Below, one piece after another: positions 24,683 through 32,395 of a stretch of 36,930 nucleotides of DNA. Under the pieces are notes generated by a model. It searched no databases. It saw only the letters and a program-made list of their open reading frames with translations, and was not told the DNA's origin. The DNA lies in NCBI GenBank assembly GCA_043750055.1, contig JAYVCH010000077.1, positions 1-36,930 of the forward strand, given 5' to 3'. How positions within the stretch are numbered: the stretch's first letter is position 1; the number at the start of each line of letters is the position of its first letter. A program made the translations under genes and the position numbers. The DNA is from Fibrobacteria bacterium. GTDB lineage: Bacteria; Fibrobacterota; Fibrobacteria; UBA11236.

Positions 24683-25633
24683 TCAAATCCCTTTTTGGAT
24701 AACCGTATACGCCAATTTGTGAAACAGGGTAGGGGAGTCCGATTTGTGACCCAGATTTTCCAAAGTTAAACTGGAAGCCAGATCCTTATGGTTACTGGAA
24801 CACCAATGAATGGTGAATGCCTGGTTGGGTAATTGGGCTGCTGGGCCGTAAAAAAAACGATAGGTTTGACTGGGTGGTACAAAGTAAAAATGGTTTGAAT
24901 TTAGTCGATGCATTTCCTTAGCCCCATCCGTTTCCCAAGTTCGATTCATCAGTATCGGGCCCAAAGCATATTTGATTCCAGGATTTGTTTCCGGAATCAA
25001 GGCAATGGCTTTGGCGAAGAAGGGATGCAGGGCTTCGCAACCCAAGATCGCATTATTCAATTTCTTATCGCTCCAGATTTTCATGAAGAGCCGGTTAGCG
25101 GCATTAATTAAAGCGGAGTCTTTCAAGAATCGGCAATTCCACAAAGAGAGGTAGTAGCTTAATCCAAAAAAAAGACCCGTATGTAAAATACCCAATTGAA
25201 ACTTTCCAGAAACTCGATCATCGTCATACCGAAAGACCGCTTCCTCTCCGATGAACCCACGATGTGAAAGTAAGGGAGAATAATTTTGGAGGGTTATGGT
25301 ATCAAAATCCACGTAGATCCCTCCCTCTCGATAGAGAATCAGATACCGTAAAATATTGCTTCGTCCAGCAAGATAGGTGGTTGAAATGCTCTCCAAAACT
25401 GTAACAACCGCCGCCATGCTCGTGGGAAGACCAGAAAGTAGAGACTCCATGTTAATCAGCCGACACTCCACTTTTGACTGTAATGCTTGCCAATCGGCAT
25501 TGCTCGGGGGATCCTGAAAATGGATGGTAATTTTGGCTCCCGGATTGGTTTGGAGCAAGGATTCGACCGCTAATCGGTTTACAAAGGGAAAATTGCGACC
25601 GATCCAGATGAGGTGAAAGTGGTGCGGAATCAG
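24683..25633 (-). CDS. GT32-family (Gly_transf_sug / DXD) glycosyltransferase; probable non-canonical start
   Basis: It has RYLILYREGGIYVDFD (DXD). The family-typical N-terminus IPHHFHLIWIGRNFP is in frame upstream of the first canonical start (TTG 25558). GGGAGG at 25644-25639 lies 5 nt before CTG 25633 and 8 nt before ATT 25630. Confidence 0.7.
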   Translation of the reverse strand: MIPHHFHLIWIGRNFPFVNRLAVESLLQTNPGAKITIHFQDPPSNADWQALQSKVECRLINMESLLSGLPTSMAAVVTVLESISTTYLAGRSNILRYLILYREGGIYVDFDTITLQNYSPLLSHRGFIGEEAVFRYDDDRVSGKFQLGILHTGLFFGLSYYLSLWNCRFLKDSALINAANRLFMKIWSDKKLNNAILGCEALHPFFAKAIALIPETNPGIKYALGPILMNRTWETDGAKEMHRLNSNHFYFVPPSQTYRFFYGPAAQLPNQAFTIHWCSSNHKDLASSLTLENLGHKSDSPTLFHKLAYTVIQKGI

Positions 25634-25804
25634 TGGCGCCTCCCAACGGCTAGGCCGGTTAAGCTTTGGGCCGAAAACCGGTACTGGCTATTGTAGAAAA
25701 AATTAGGCAATTGAAAGCAAGGTCCATGTCCCTGGTATGGTTCAAATGGCGGGAATCGGATATAATCAGGGTATGCGACCTAAGGAGAGAATCGTCAGAA
25801 AAAC

Positions 25805-27976
25805 ATGAACTTACGAATGCGGACCCTATTCGTTTTTCTTCTTGTAAATCCAGCCTTAGCATTGGTTTCGAAAAATGATGTTATCCCCATGGGAAATCAA
25901 ACCGACAGTATTCAACCCTTCATTTTGCAGACATGGAAAAATCGGGTTATTGCCAATGGCGGTGTCCATTCTTGGTCTAATGAGAATGATGGCATGCGTG
26001 TCTTTCAGGAATGGATTGCCATGATGACCTTGGCTCAATCTGGAACCGTGGAAGACCGAAGACGAGTTGGATTGGAATTGGAAAAATATGTTGTACAAAA
26101 GGATATTCAAGCGCTCGGCTTTATCGGTACTAGTCTTCCCTTTCCGGGTTATACCAACGGTGACTTTGATATGGCCTTGCTAGGATGCTCCAGCTTGATT
26201 GGTCTGTTTCTAAACGATCGTCTGGTCTTAACCGATAAAACCTTGGATCATTTGATTCGCAAAGTCATACGGGTTTGGGGTCAAACACCCAAGGATAATT
26301 TTGATGTCTTATTTGTCAGTGTACCCGAAACCGAAAATCACCTATTTATGATTGAGTCAACGCGCTTTTTGACGAATCAAATTCTGTTTGAAAATCCTCG
26401 ACACCTTCAGGGTTTACAAGCGCTTCGAGATTCCCTTCTTACTGCTGGCGTAGTGATTGACAATAACCAGGGAATGTTAAAGCGCCTCTTGCTCAGGGTG
26501 ATGAATCAGGCCATGTGTAAGGGCTTGTTTGAATTCAATGCCCAGATTTATCAACGCTTTACGATTCATGCTTTGGATAATTTGTATTCATTTAGTCATG
26601 ACCCATCTATCCAGGACGGCGCTGCGTGTTTACTGGATTATATCAGCACCTTATTTGCCTTTCAAAGTTATGGATCCATCAGGGTGGGCCCTTTCCGTCG
26701 TTCCTCGGAGGCGTACCAGGATACTACCCTTCTCCAAAATGACGCTGCCTGTAGTTTTTATGCTATACAGTCGGGAAGCTTTGCCTGGAATCGGGAACCC
26801 CTTCATGGGTTTTGGAGTCATTCAACGTCCCATGCTTCGATGGCTCTGTATTCTTCGGTTTTGAAATATAGGATTCCGGATCCAATCTTGAATTTTATAC
26901 AAACCCGGCACGGTGAGTATCGAGCTGAAATCCACTCAGCTTATGTATCCAAAGAGGGTCTTACTCATCCAACAGAAATATATTACGGGGGACCAAATTA
27001 TCTGTTGACCGCCGGTGGCCGCTACGAAACTTATGCAGGACCCAATTTTCCAACCTATAAATATTGGTTCTCGGATGCGCCCTGGGTTTATGATGTGATC
27101 ACGCGATCAAGCTCTTTACTTCTTGAACCGGTTCGGGAAAAACCTCGGTCTTGGGCGGACCTTCTGCATTTCAAAGGCCCACAATGGCGCGCGAACAACC
27201 TGTCCCTTTATCGGAATTTCATTTATGGTTATACCGCGGTCGATTCACATAACAGCCCTTTATGGCCGCAACATATTCCTGTGCAATGGATCGATGCAAC
27301 ACGCAAGCCCTTGACTTGTCAGACGCAGGATTTTCAATTCCAATTTATCGATCGTTCAAAATTCGGTGTGTATTTGGTTCTAAGCAAACTTCGTCCTTCA
27401 AAAACATTCTTGAGATGGGAGTATCAAAAATATTTGCGAGGAACTGTGGAAGTGGTGGATACCGCAAAGATAAAATCAATACTTCTCCTGAAAGACAGTA
27501 TTCTCGCCTTGAATAGTCCTAAAAAATCTTGGCCTTCATGGTTCCACCGTTACGTCTATGTCACTCTGAATGGAGATCGAATCCATTTGAATTCTCGCTA
27601 TGATGAGAACAAAACAGGAATTTTGACCGTGGAGAGTGCTACCACAAATATGGTTTCGGAATCACCGGAAATTCTTCTTCCTTTTCCATTTCCTTGGGCC
27701 GGGGACACGCTTCCGGATATCCATCCAATGGCCATACCCGTTGCTTCCAAGCAATCACTAGCGTTTGTCCATCCATTATTTCAGGTGGAATTTTTTACCC
27801 CCTGGAGAGGCAAGGCAGCGATTTCGGATGGTCGGGGTAACATGTATGTTTTTAACCCATCGTCTGGAGGATATGTCTTGTTGAACTTTCAAGAATGGTG
27901 GAATCCTAAGAGGATTTTGGGGCGGGAAAATTTCCCAGTCAGTGCCTTGTCCACGGGTGTTCATGACGGCATTTAG
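25805..27976 (+). CDS. Large secreted hypothetical protein (723 aa), family not recognised
   Basis: It has a signal-peptide-like N-terminus (MNLRMRTLFVFLLVNPALALV). The N-terminal half looks helix-rich and the C-terminal half beta-rich. TATAAT at 25761-25766 lies upstream. Confidence 0.7.
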   Translation: MNLRMRTLFVFLLVNPALALVSKNDVIPMGNQTDSIQPFILQTWKNRVIANGGVHSWSNENDGMRVFQEWIAMMTLAQSGTVEDRRRVGLELEKYVVQKDIQALGFIGTSLPFPGYTNGDFDMALLGCSSLIGLFLNDRLVLTDKTLDHLIRKVIRVWGQTPKDNFDVLFVSVPETENHLFMIESTRFLTNQILFENPRHLQGLQALRDSLLTAGVVIDNNQGMLKRLLLRVMNQAMCKGLFEFNAQIYQRFTIHALDNLYSFSHDPSIQDGAACLLDYISTLFAFQSYGSIRVGPFRRSSEAYQDTTLLQNDAACSFYAIQSGSFAWNREPLHGFWSHSTSHASMALYSSVLKYRIPDPILNFIQTRHGEYRAEIHSAYVSKEGLTHPTEIYYGGPNYLLTAGGRYETYAGPNFPTYKYWFSDAPWVYDVITRSSSLLLEPVREKPRSWADLLHFKGPQWRANNLSLYRNFIYGYTAVDSHNSPLWPQHIPVQWIDATRKPLTCQTQDFQFQFIDRSKFGVYLVLSKLRPSKTFLRWEYQKYLRGTVEVVDTAKIKSILLLKDSILALNSPKKSWPSWFHRYVYVTLNGDRIHLNSRYDENKTGILTVESATTNMVSESPEILLPFPFPWAGDTLPDIHPMAIPVASKQSLAFVHPLFQVEFFTPWRGKAAISDGRGNMYVFNPSSGGYVLLNFQEWWNPKRILGRENFPVSALSTGVHDGI

Positions 27977-27991
27977 TTACATTAGGAGAGC

Positions 27992-29005
27992 ATGCGACTC
28001 TTGGCCATTCCCCTTTTTCGGATTCTAGGAATAAGCCTTTTCTTGGCGCTCAAATCCGTATTGGCGGTCGAAATCGGATACCGTTGGGTAATCCATGATT
28101 TAAGTCGATTGCCCGATCCCGAAGTGACCTGCATGACCAAAGATGATCTGGGAAATAAATGGTTTGGAACTCATAAAGGCTTAGCGCAACTTTCAAAATT
28201 CGGTGACTGGAAAAACTTTACCTTAGAGAACACCTCCGGTGGGCTGCGGTCCAATAGTGTCACCGCCATAGCCATGGGCGAAAACCGTGAACTTTGGGTG
28301 GCGACCGATGGAGGCGGAGTAAGTTGGTTCGCCAATGGAAGCTGGAAAAATTTTTCACGAGAGAACACCTCCAATGGCCTTCCGGACAATGCCGTGACAT
28401 CGCTTGCTATCGGAAAAGAAGAAAAATGGTTTGGAACCAAGAATGGGTTTGCGATGCTGCGCGGAACATCTTGGACCACTTACACAGGCGAAAAGGTATC
28501 GGGCCGGTTACCTCATAAAATCGTTACCGCCATTGCCATTGATTCCACGGGAGAAAAATGGATCGGAACGATTGCGGGTTTAGTTCGGTTTTCTGGATCA
28601 AGTTGGAATTTGGTGACGAAAGAAACCACCAATGGAGGTCTTCCACATAATAGCATTACTTATTTGACTATCGGCCCCAAGGGTGAAAAATGGGTGGGTA
28701 CCCAATTAGGCGTGGCTCGTCTTGTTGGGAATAATTGGACATCTTATAAAGGTGACCCGGGAATGCAGGAAATGGCAGCCGAGTTGGTCTATAGTTTAAC
28801 CGTGGAAAAGTCAGGAGTGCTTTGGGCGTCTCTGAAAGGCGGCGCGCTTAGATATGATGGAACTTCGTGGACAACCTACACCAAAAATAACACTACAGGT
28901 ATTCAAACTCGTTATGTCTATGCTGTTATGCCGGGAGACGCGGGTGAAGTTTGGTTTGGCACACAAAAGGGAATCGTTCAGATGGTACCGCTGCCTGAAG
29001 AATAG
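27992..29005 (+). CDS. Secreted seven-blade beta-propeller made only of two-component-regulator propeller (Reg_prop) repeats
   Basis: It has a signal peptide (MRLLAIPLFRILGISLFLALKSVLA). About seven ~45-aa repeats follow the pattern [KL]W[FIV]GT..G[LFV]..[LF]..G..W..[FY]. Examples are KWFGTHKGLAQL, LWVATDGGGVSWF, KWFGTKNGFAML, KWIGTIAGLVRF, KWVGTQLGVARL, LWASLKGGALRY and VWFGTQKGIVQM. Confidence 0.8.
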   Translation: MRLLAIPLFRILGISLFLALKSVLAVEIGYRWVIHDLSRLPDPEVTCMTKDDLGNKWFGTHKGLAQLSKFGDWKNFTLENTSGGLRSNSVTAIAMGENRELWVATDGGGVSWFANGSWKNFSRENTSNGLPDNAVTSLAIGKEEKWFGTKNGFAMLRGTSWTTYTGEKVSGRLPHKIVTAIAIDSTGEKWIGTIAGLVRFSGSSWNLVTKETTNGGLPHNSITYLTIGPKGEKWVGTQLGVARLVGNNWTSYKGDPGMQEMAAELVYSLTVEKSGVLWASLKGGALRYDGTSWTTYTKNNTTGIQTRYVYAVMPGDAGEVWFGTQKGIVQMVPLPEE

Positions 29006-29009
29006 TCTC

Positions 29010-30086
29010 CTATTCTACTGTAAAGTAATTATATCCGATCGAACGGGTTCCGTTCAGGTTTCCGAACCCTTTGAAGGTGAAGACCTCGCCTCCCATGAAA
29101 TTTTTAATCGCCATCTTTGTGAACCCGCTGAATTCATGTAACGTAGATTGTTGGAACCTATCGTCCTTTCGGGATAAAGCGGCTTTGGACTCGTCCTGAT
29201 ATCGTATCTCTAAAAGAGTCGGTACCTTGACCCCCAGGGCTTTTGCGCTAGAAACAATCTTTAATGAAGCGGGTTTTAACAGAGTCATTCCCGCATCACT
29301 CTGGCGAAGTCCAAACCCAATAGGTTGGCTTCCAAATTGCGATACGGGAGTAAGGAAATAACCCACTTCCAGTGGTCCGGATTGGGAAATATATCGATAG
29401 CCAGCACTGACAAGGTTTGGTGCCATATCCGTTTGAAAGGTGTGGTCCATGTAGGCCTGGCCGCTCACCTGCAAGGTGTCTTTATCAATGGCCAAAACGC
29501 CTTTTACCTTGGCATTGGGAATATGGATAAAAATGCCGACGGCATCGGAAGGACCAAATTTAAACATTCCATCTCCCCACACTTTTCCCTGTTCGATTTC
29601 AGAAAAATTCAAATCCAAAAAATACGATACATCCTTTTTGGTGGTAGCGAAATGGACATGATGGGATGTGGGTAATCGGCCATCGAACCAAATTTTTTCA
29701 TGTACTCTTAGTTGGGAGTTCGAGTCCGTAAAAACAAAGTTTTTCTTTTCATATTCACGAGCGACGGAATAATTTTTGTTTTTGAAACTAAGTACCGTCA
29801 AATCGGCCCCGCAAACAGGGGATTTATAAGAACCAAGATTGACACGGGAAAAGTTGAGAAAGGCTTGGACATTACCATCCAGAAAAAATTGATAAGTCCA
29901 AAATTCATTATAGGTTTTACTGGTACTGGCATGCGGTTTCAAATCTGTAATTTCCGTATTGCGCATTCCCGTTGTCGGCGAGGTAATGGAGGTAGTGGTC
30001 CCGCCCGCTTTTGTGAGACCCATGAAAACCATAAGAAAGAAAACCAAGTGGATAGAACTCAAAGAAAAACCGGTCTTGCGTTTCAT
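29010..30086 (-). CDS. Secreted beta-rich hypothetical protein (possibly a lipocalin/AttH-like fold)
   Basis: ATG at 30086 gives a signal peptide (MKRKTGFSLSSIHLVFFLMVFMGLTKAGG) followed by a Thr/Ser linker. The ORF track begins at TTG 30182. The fold suggestion is only an impression. Confidence 0.55.
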   Translation of the reverse strand: MKRKTGFSLSSIHLVFFLMVFMGLTKAGGTTTSITSPTTGMRNTEITDLKPHASTSKTYNEFWTYQFFLDGNVQAFLNFSRVNLGSYKSPVCGADLTVLSFKNKNYSVAREYEKKNFVFTDSNSQLRVHEKIWFDGRLPTSHHVHFATTKKDVSYFLDLNFSEIEQGKVWGDGMFKFGPSDAVGIFIHIPNAKVKGVLAIDKDTLQVSGQAYMDHTFQTDMAPNLVSAGYRYISQSGPLEVGYFLTPVSQFGSQPIGFGLRQSDAGMTLLKPASLKIVSSAKALGVKVPTLLEIRYQDESKAALSRKDDRFQQSTLHEFSGFTKMAIKNFMGGEVFTFKGFGNLNGTRSIGYNYFTVE

Positions 30087-30246
30087 TGTTAATAAGAATA
30101 CAAGAGTTACGCTCCAGATTCCCGTTGAAATTGAGTTTTTTGGCACGAGGATAAGATAAAAACTATTCCGGGATAAAAACAAACGCCTTAAAGTAGGAAA
30201 ATTTCAAAGGTTGGGGTCAATTGGGTTGTCAACCTTCCGTGACTGA

Positions 30247-30990
30247 TTATGAACTTATTGCTCTCGATCCAAAATGACCAAGGACCCAATTCCAGACTCT
30301 GGGAATACTTTGAAAGGCATGCCAAAAGGAAATCCAAATCCAATGCAAGGACATTAGGTTTCGGATTTTAAGAATACTTCCACAAACCAACATCAAGAAA
30401 AGTATCACAAAAAAAGTGGAGAAAAAAAATCCATAGGCATGTAAATCCGTTTGTCTCCATCGGTACTCCTTGGCCAATCGATACAAATACCAGCCAAGGA
30501 AAAAGAAGAGCCCATGATCCAAGGTCGACTGCATTCCCGGACGAGCGATAAATCCAAGCACCAATATCATTGAGCACCATAGGGGAAGGAAATAAGGCGC
30601 TAACGTGGCCAATGGATTCGACCCACTCAATTGCACCTCTCCTCCAGATTTGAGTGTGGCAGAAAGTGAAACCGGAGGTGAAAAGGTTAAATAGCCTACC
30701 AATGCATGTGTCAATTCATGCTCCAAGGTGTCAATAAATTCGAGGGGGTCCTCTTTACCAAATCGATTCATTAGGGTACTGAAAAGAACCCTAAACCCTA
30801 TTCCAGCCAATAAAAATAGGGTCAATGGGTGTTTGAGGGAGGTGAATCCCAAACCTTGTTGACGAGCCGCTTGCCAAAATTCAGCAGCCATCGCTTCGAC
30901 TAATATGACCAGGAAGGGAAGCAGAGTCCACCGCAGGGCCATTCCCAGGAGACGAGCCATATTGCAAAGGATAGAAATACCGACGAGCAT
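30247..30990 (-). CDS. M50B-like / putative zincin integral-membrane metalloprotease
   Basis: 247 aa and multi-TM. It has the HExxH motif LEHELTHALVGYL followed by GGEVQLSG...LAPYFLP, an arrangement seen in Peptidase_M50B-like proteins. Confidence 0.55.
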   Translation of the reverse strand: MLVGISILCNMARLLGMALRWTLLPFLVILVEAMAAEFWQAARQQGLGFTSLKHPLTLFLLAGIGFRVLFSTLMNRFGKEDPLEFIDTLEHELTHALVGYLTFSPPVSLSATLKSGGEVQLSGSNPLATLAPYFLPLWCSMILVLGFIARPGMQSTLDHGLFFFLGWYLYRLAKEYRWRQTDLHAYGFFFSTFFVILFLMLVCGSILKIRNLMSLHWIWISFWHAFQSIPRVWNWVLGHFGSRAISS

Positions 30991-31046
30991 TAAATATCTT
31001 TAACGCCCAAACCTTTCGACCTTTCACAAAAAGTATGGAGTAGCCT

Positions 31047-32333
31047 ATGTCCGCCATCAAATCCCTCGTAGCCCGGCAAATTCTCGACTCTCGTGGCAAC
31101 CCCACCGTTGAAGTAGATATCACTCTGGAGAATGGAATCCTTGGCCGTGCAGCCGTACCCTCAGGAGCCTCAACGGGTGAGCGCGAAGCGGTGGAGCTTC
31201 GCGACGGGGACAAGGCTAAGTACCTCGGCAAAGGGGTACTGAAGGCGGTCAAGAATGCGAATACGGTCCTGGCTAAAGCCTTGATTGGAAAAGACGCTTC
31301 GGAACAAATGGCGCTCGATAAAATGATGATCGACCTCGATGGGACCGGCAATAAAGGCAAGCTTGGTGCGAATGCGCTTCTGGGAGCGTCCATGGCCATG
31401 GCTCGGGCAGCGGCTCAGGATAAGGGTAAGCCCCTTTATGTTTACCTCGCGGAAATGGCAGGCAATTCCAATCTTTCCCTGCCTCTGCCCATGTGCAATA
31501 TTATCAATGGTGGCGCCCATTCCGATGCGCCCGTTGACTTTCAGGAATTCATGGTCGCACCGGTAGGTGCGAAGAATTTTTCTGAAGGACTTCGCATGTC
31601 GGTGGAAGTGTTTCATGCCTTGAAGGCCTTGCTCAAGAAGCGGGGACTATCGACCGCGGTAGGGGATGAAGGTGGCTTTGCCCCTAATCTCAAGAGCGTC
31701 AATGACGCATTGGACTCGATCATGAAGGCCATTAAAAATGCGGGATACGAACCAGGCAAGGATGTGAAAATCGCCCTGGATGTTGCCTCATCGGAGTTTT
31801 TCAATAAGGACAAGGGCACTTACACTTTTCACAAGTCCACGGGCAAAACTTTGACCGCCAGCAAAATGGTCAAAATGTATTCCGAGCTTGCGGCCAGGTT
31901 CCCGATTTATTCCATTGAAGATGGCATGGATCAAAATGACTGGGATGGTTGGAAAGAGCTGACCCAGGCTTTGGGCAAAAAAGTGCAACTCGTTGGTGAT
32001 GATTTGTTTGTGACCAACCCTGCGATTCTCAAACGCGGCATCGATGAAAAAATCGGCAATGCCATTCTCATTAAAGTAAACCAAATCGGCACGCTTACTG
32101 AAACCTTGGAAGCTATCCGTATGGCCCAGGCGGCAAAATTCGGAGTAGTGGTCTCGCATCGTTCCGGTGAAACCGAAGACGCATTCATTGCAGACTTGGC
32201 TGTGGCCACGGGCGCAGGGCAGATCAAAACCGGTTCATTGAGTCGTACTGACCGCGTTTGCAAGTACAATCAATTGATTCGTATCGAGGAGGCGCTAGGT
32301 TCCAAAGCCAAGTGGAAGAAAAACGCTTTTTAA
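31047..32333 (+). CDS. eno: Enolase (phosphopyruvate hydratase)
   Basis: 428 aa. It has [29 protein letters not shown] and [12 protein letters not shown], and GGAG lies upstream of the ATG. Confidence 0.97.
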   Translation: MSAIKSLVARQILDSRGNPTVEVDITLENGILGRAAVPSGASTGEREAVELRDGDKAKYLGKGVLKAVKNANTVLAKALIGKDASEQMALDKMMIDLDGTGNKGKLGANALLGASMAMARAAAQDKGKPLYVYLAEMAGNSNLSLPLPMCNIINGGAHSDAPVDFQEFMVAPVGAKNFSEGLRMSVEVFHALKALLKKRGLSTAVGDEGGFAPNLKSVNDALDSIMKAIKNAGYEPGKDVKIALDVASSEFFNKDKGTYTFHKSTGKTLTASKMVKMYSELAARFPIYSIEDGMDQNDWDGWKELTQALGKKVQLVGDDLFVTNPAILKRGIDEKIGNAILIKVNQIGTLTETLEAIRMAQAAKFGVVVSHRSGETEDAFIADLAVATGAGQIKTGSLSRTDRVCKYNQLIRIEEALGSKAKWKKNAF

Positions 32334-32341
32334 GCGGAGGG

Positions 32342-32370
32342 GCGGCGTTTAGATTTTGATTGGCAAGGAA
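32342..32370. terminator. AT-rich 9-bp hairpin between the convergent eno and topoisomerase genes
   Basis: GATTTTGAT (32342-32350), an 11-nt loop, then ATCAAAATC (32362-32370). It has low GC and no clear U-tract. Confidence 0.3.
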
Positions 32371-32395
32371 GATCAAAATCAGGAGTGAAGCCGAA

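Noticed and set aside
25659-25878. ORFs 25659-25862 (-) and 25666-25878 (+) in the GT32 / secreted-protein divergent region
   Set aside because: They overlap each other and the signal-peptide end of the 723-aa CDS. They have no SD and no motifs. The region is better explained as a divergent promoter region, with TATAAT at 25761-25766.
30881-31399. 172-aa ORF antisense to the enolase 5' region. Other long antisense ORFs behave the same way: 49-450, 14464-14922, 15922-16395, 19107-19565 and 34918-35346.
   Set aside because: Each lies entirely opposite a CDS with strong family motifs. The translations are low-complexity or Arg/Ser/Pro-rich, and none has a recognisable motif or SD. They are typical shadow ORFs.
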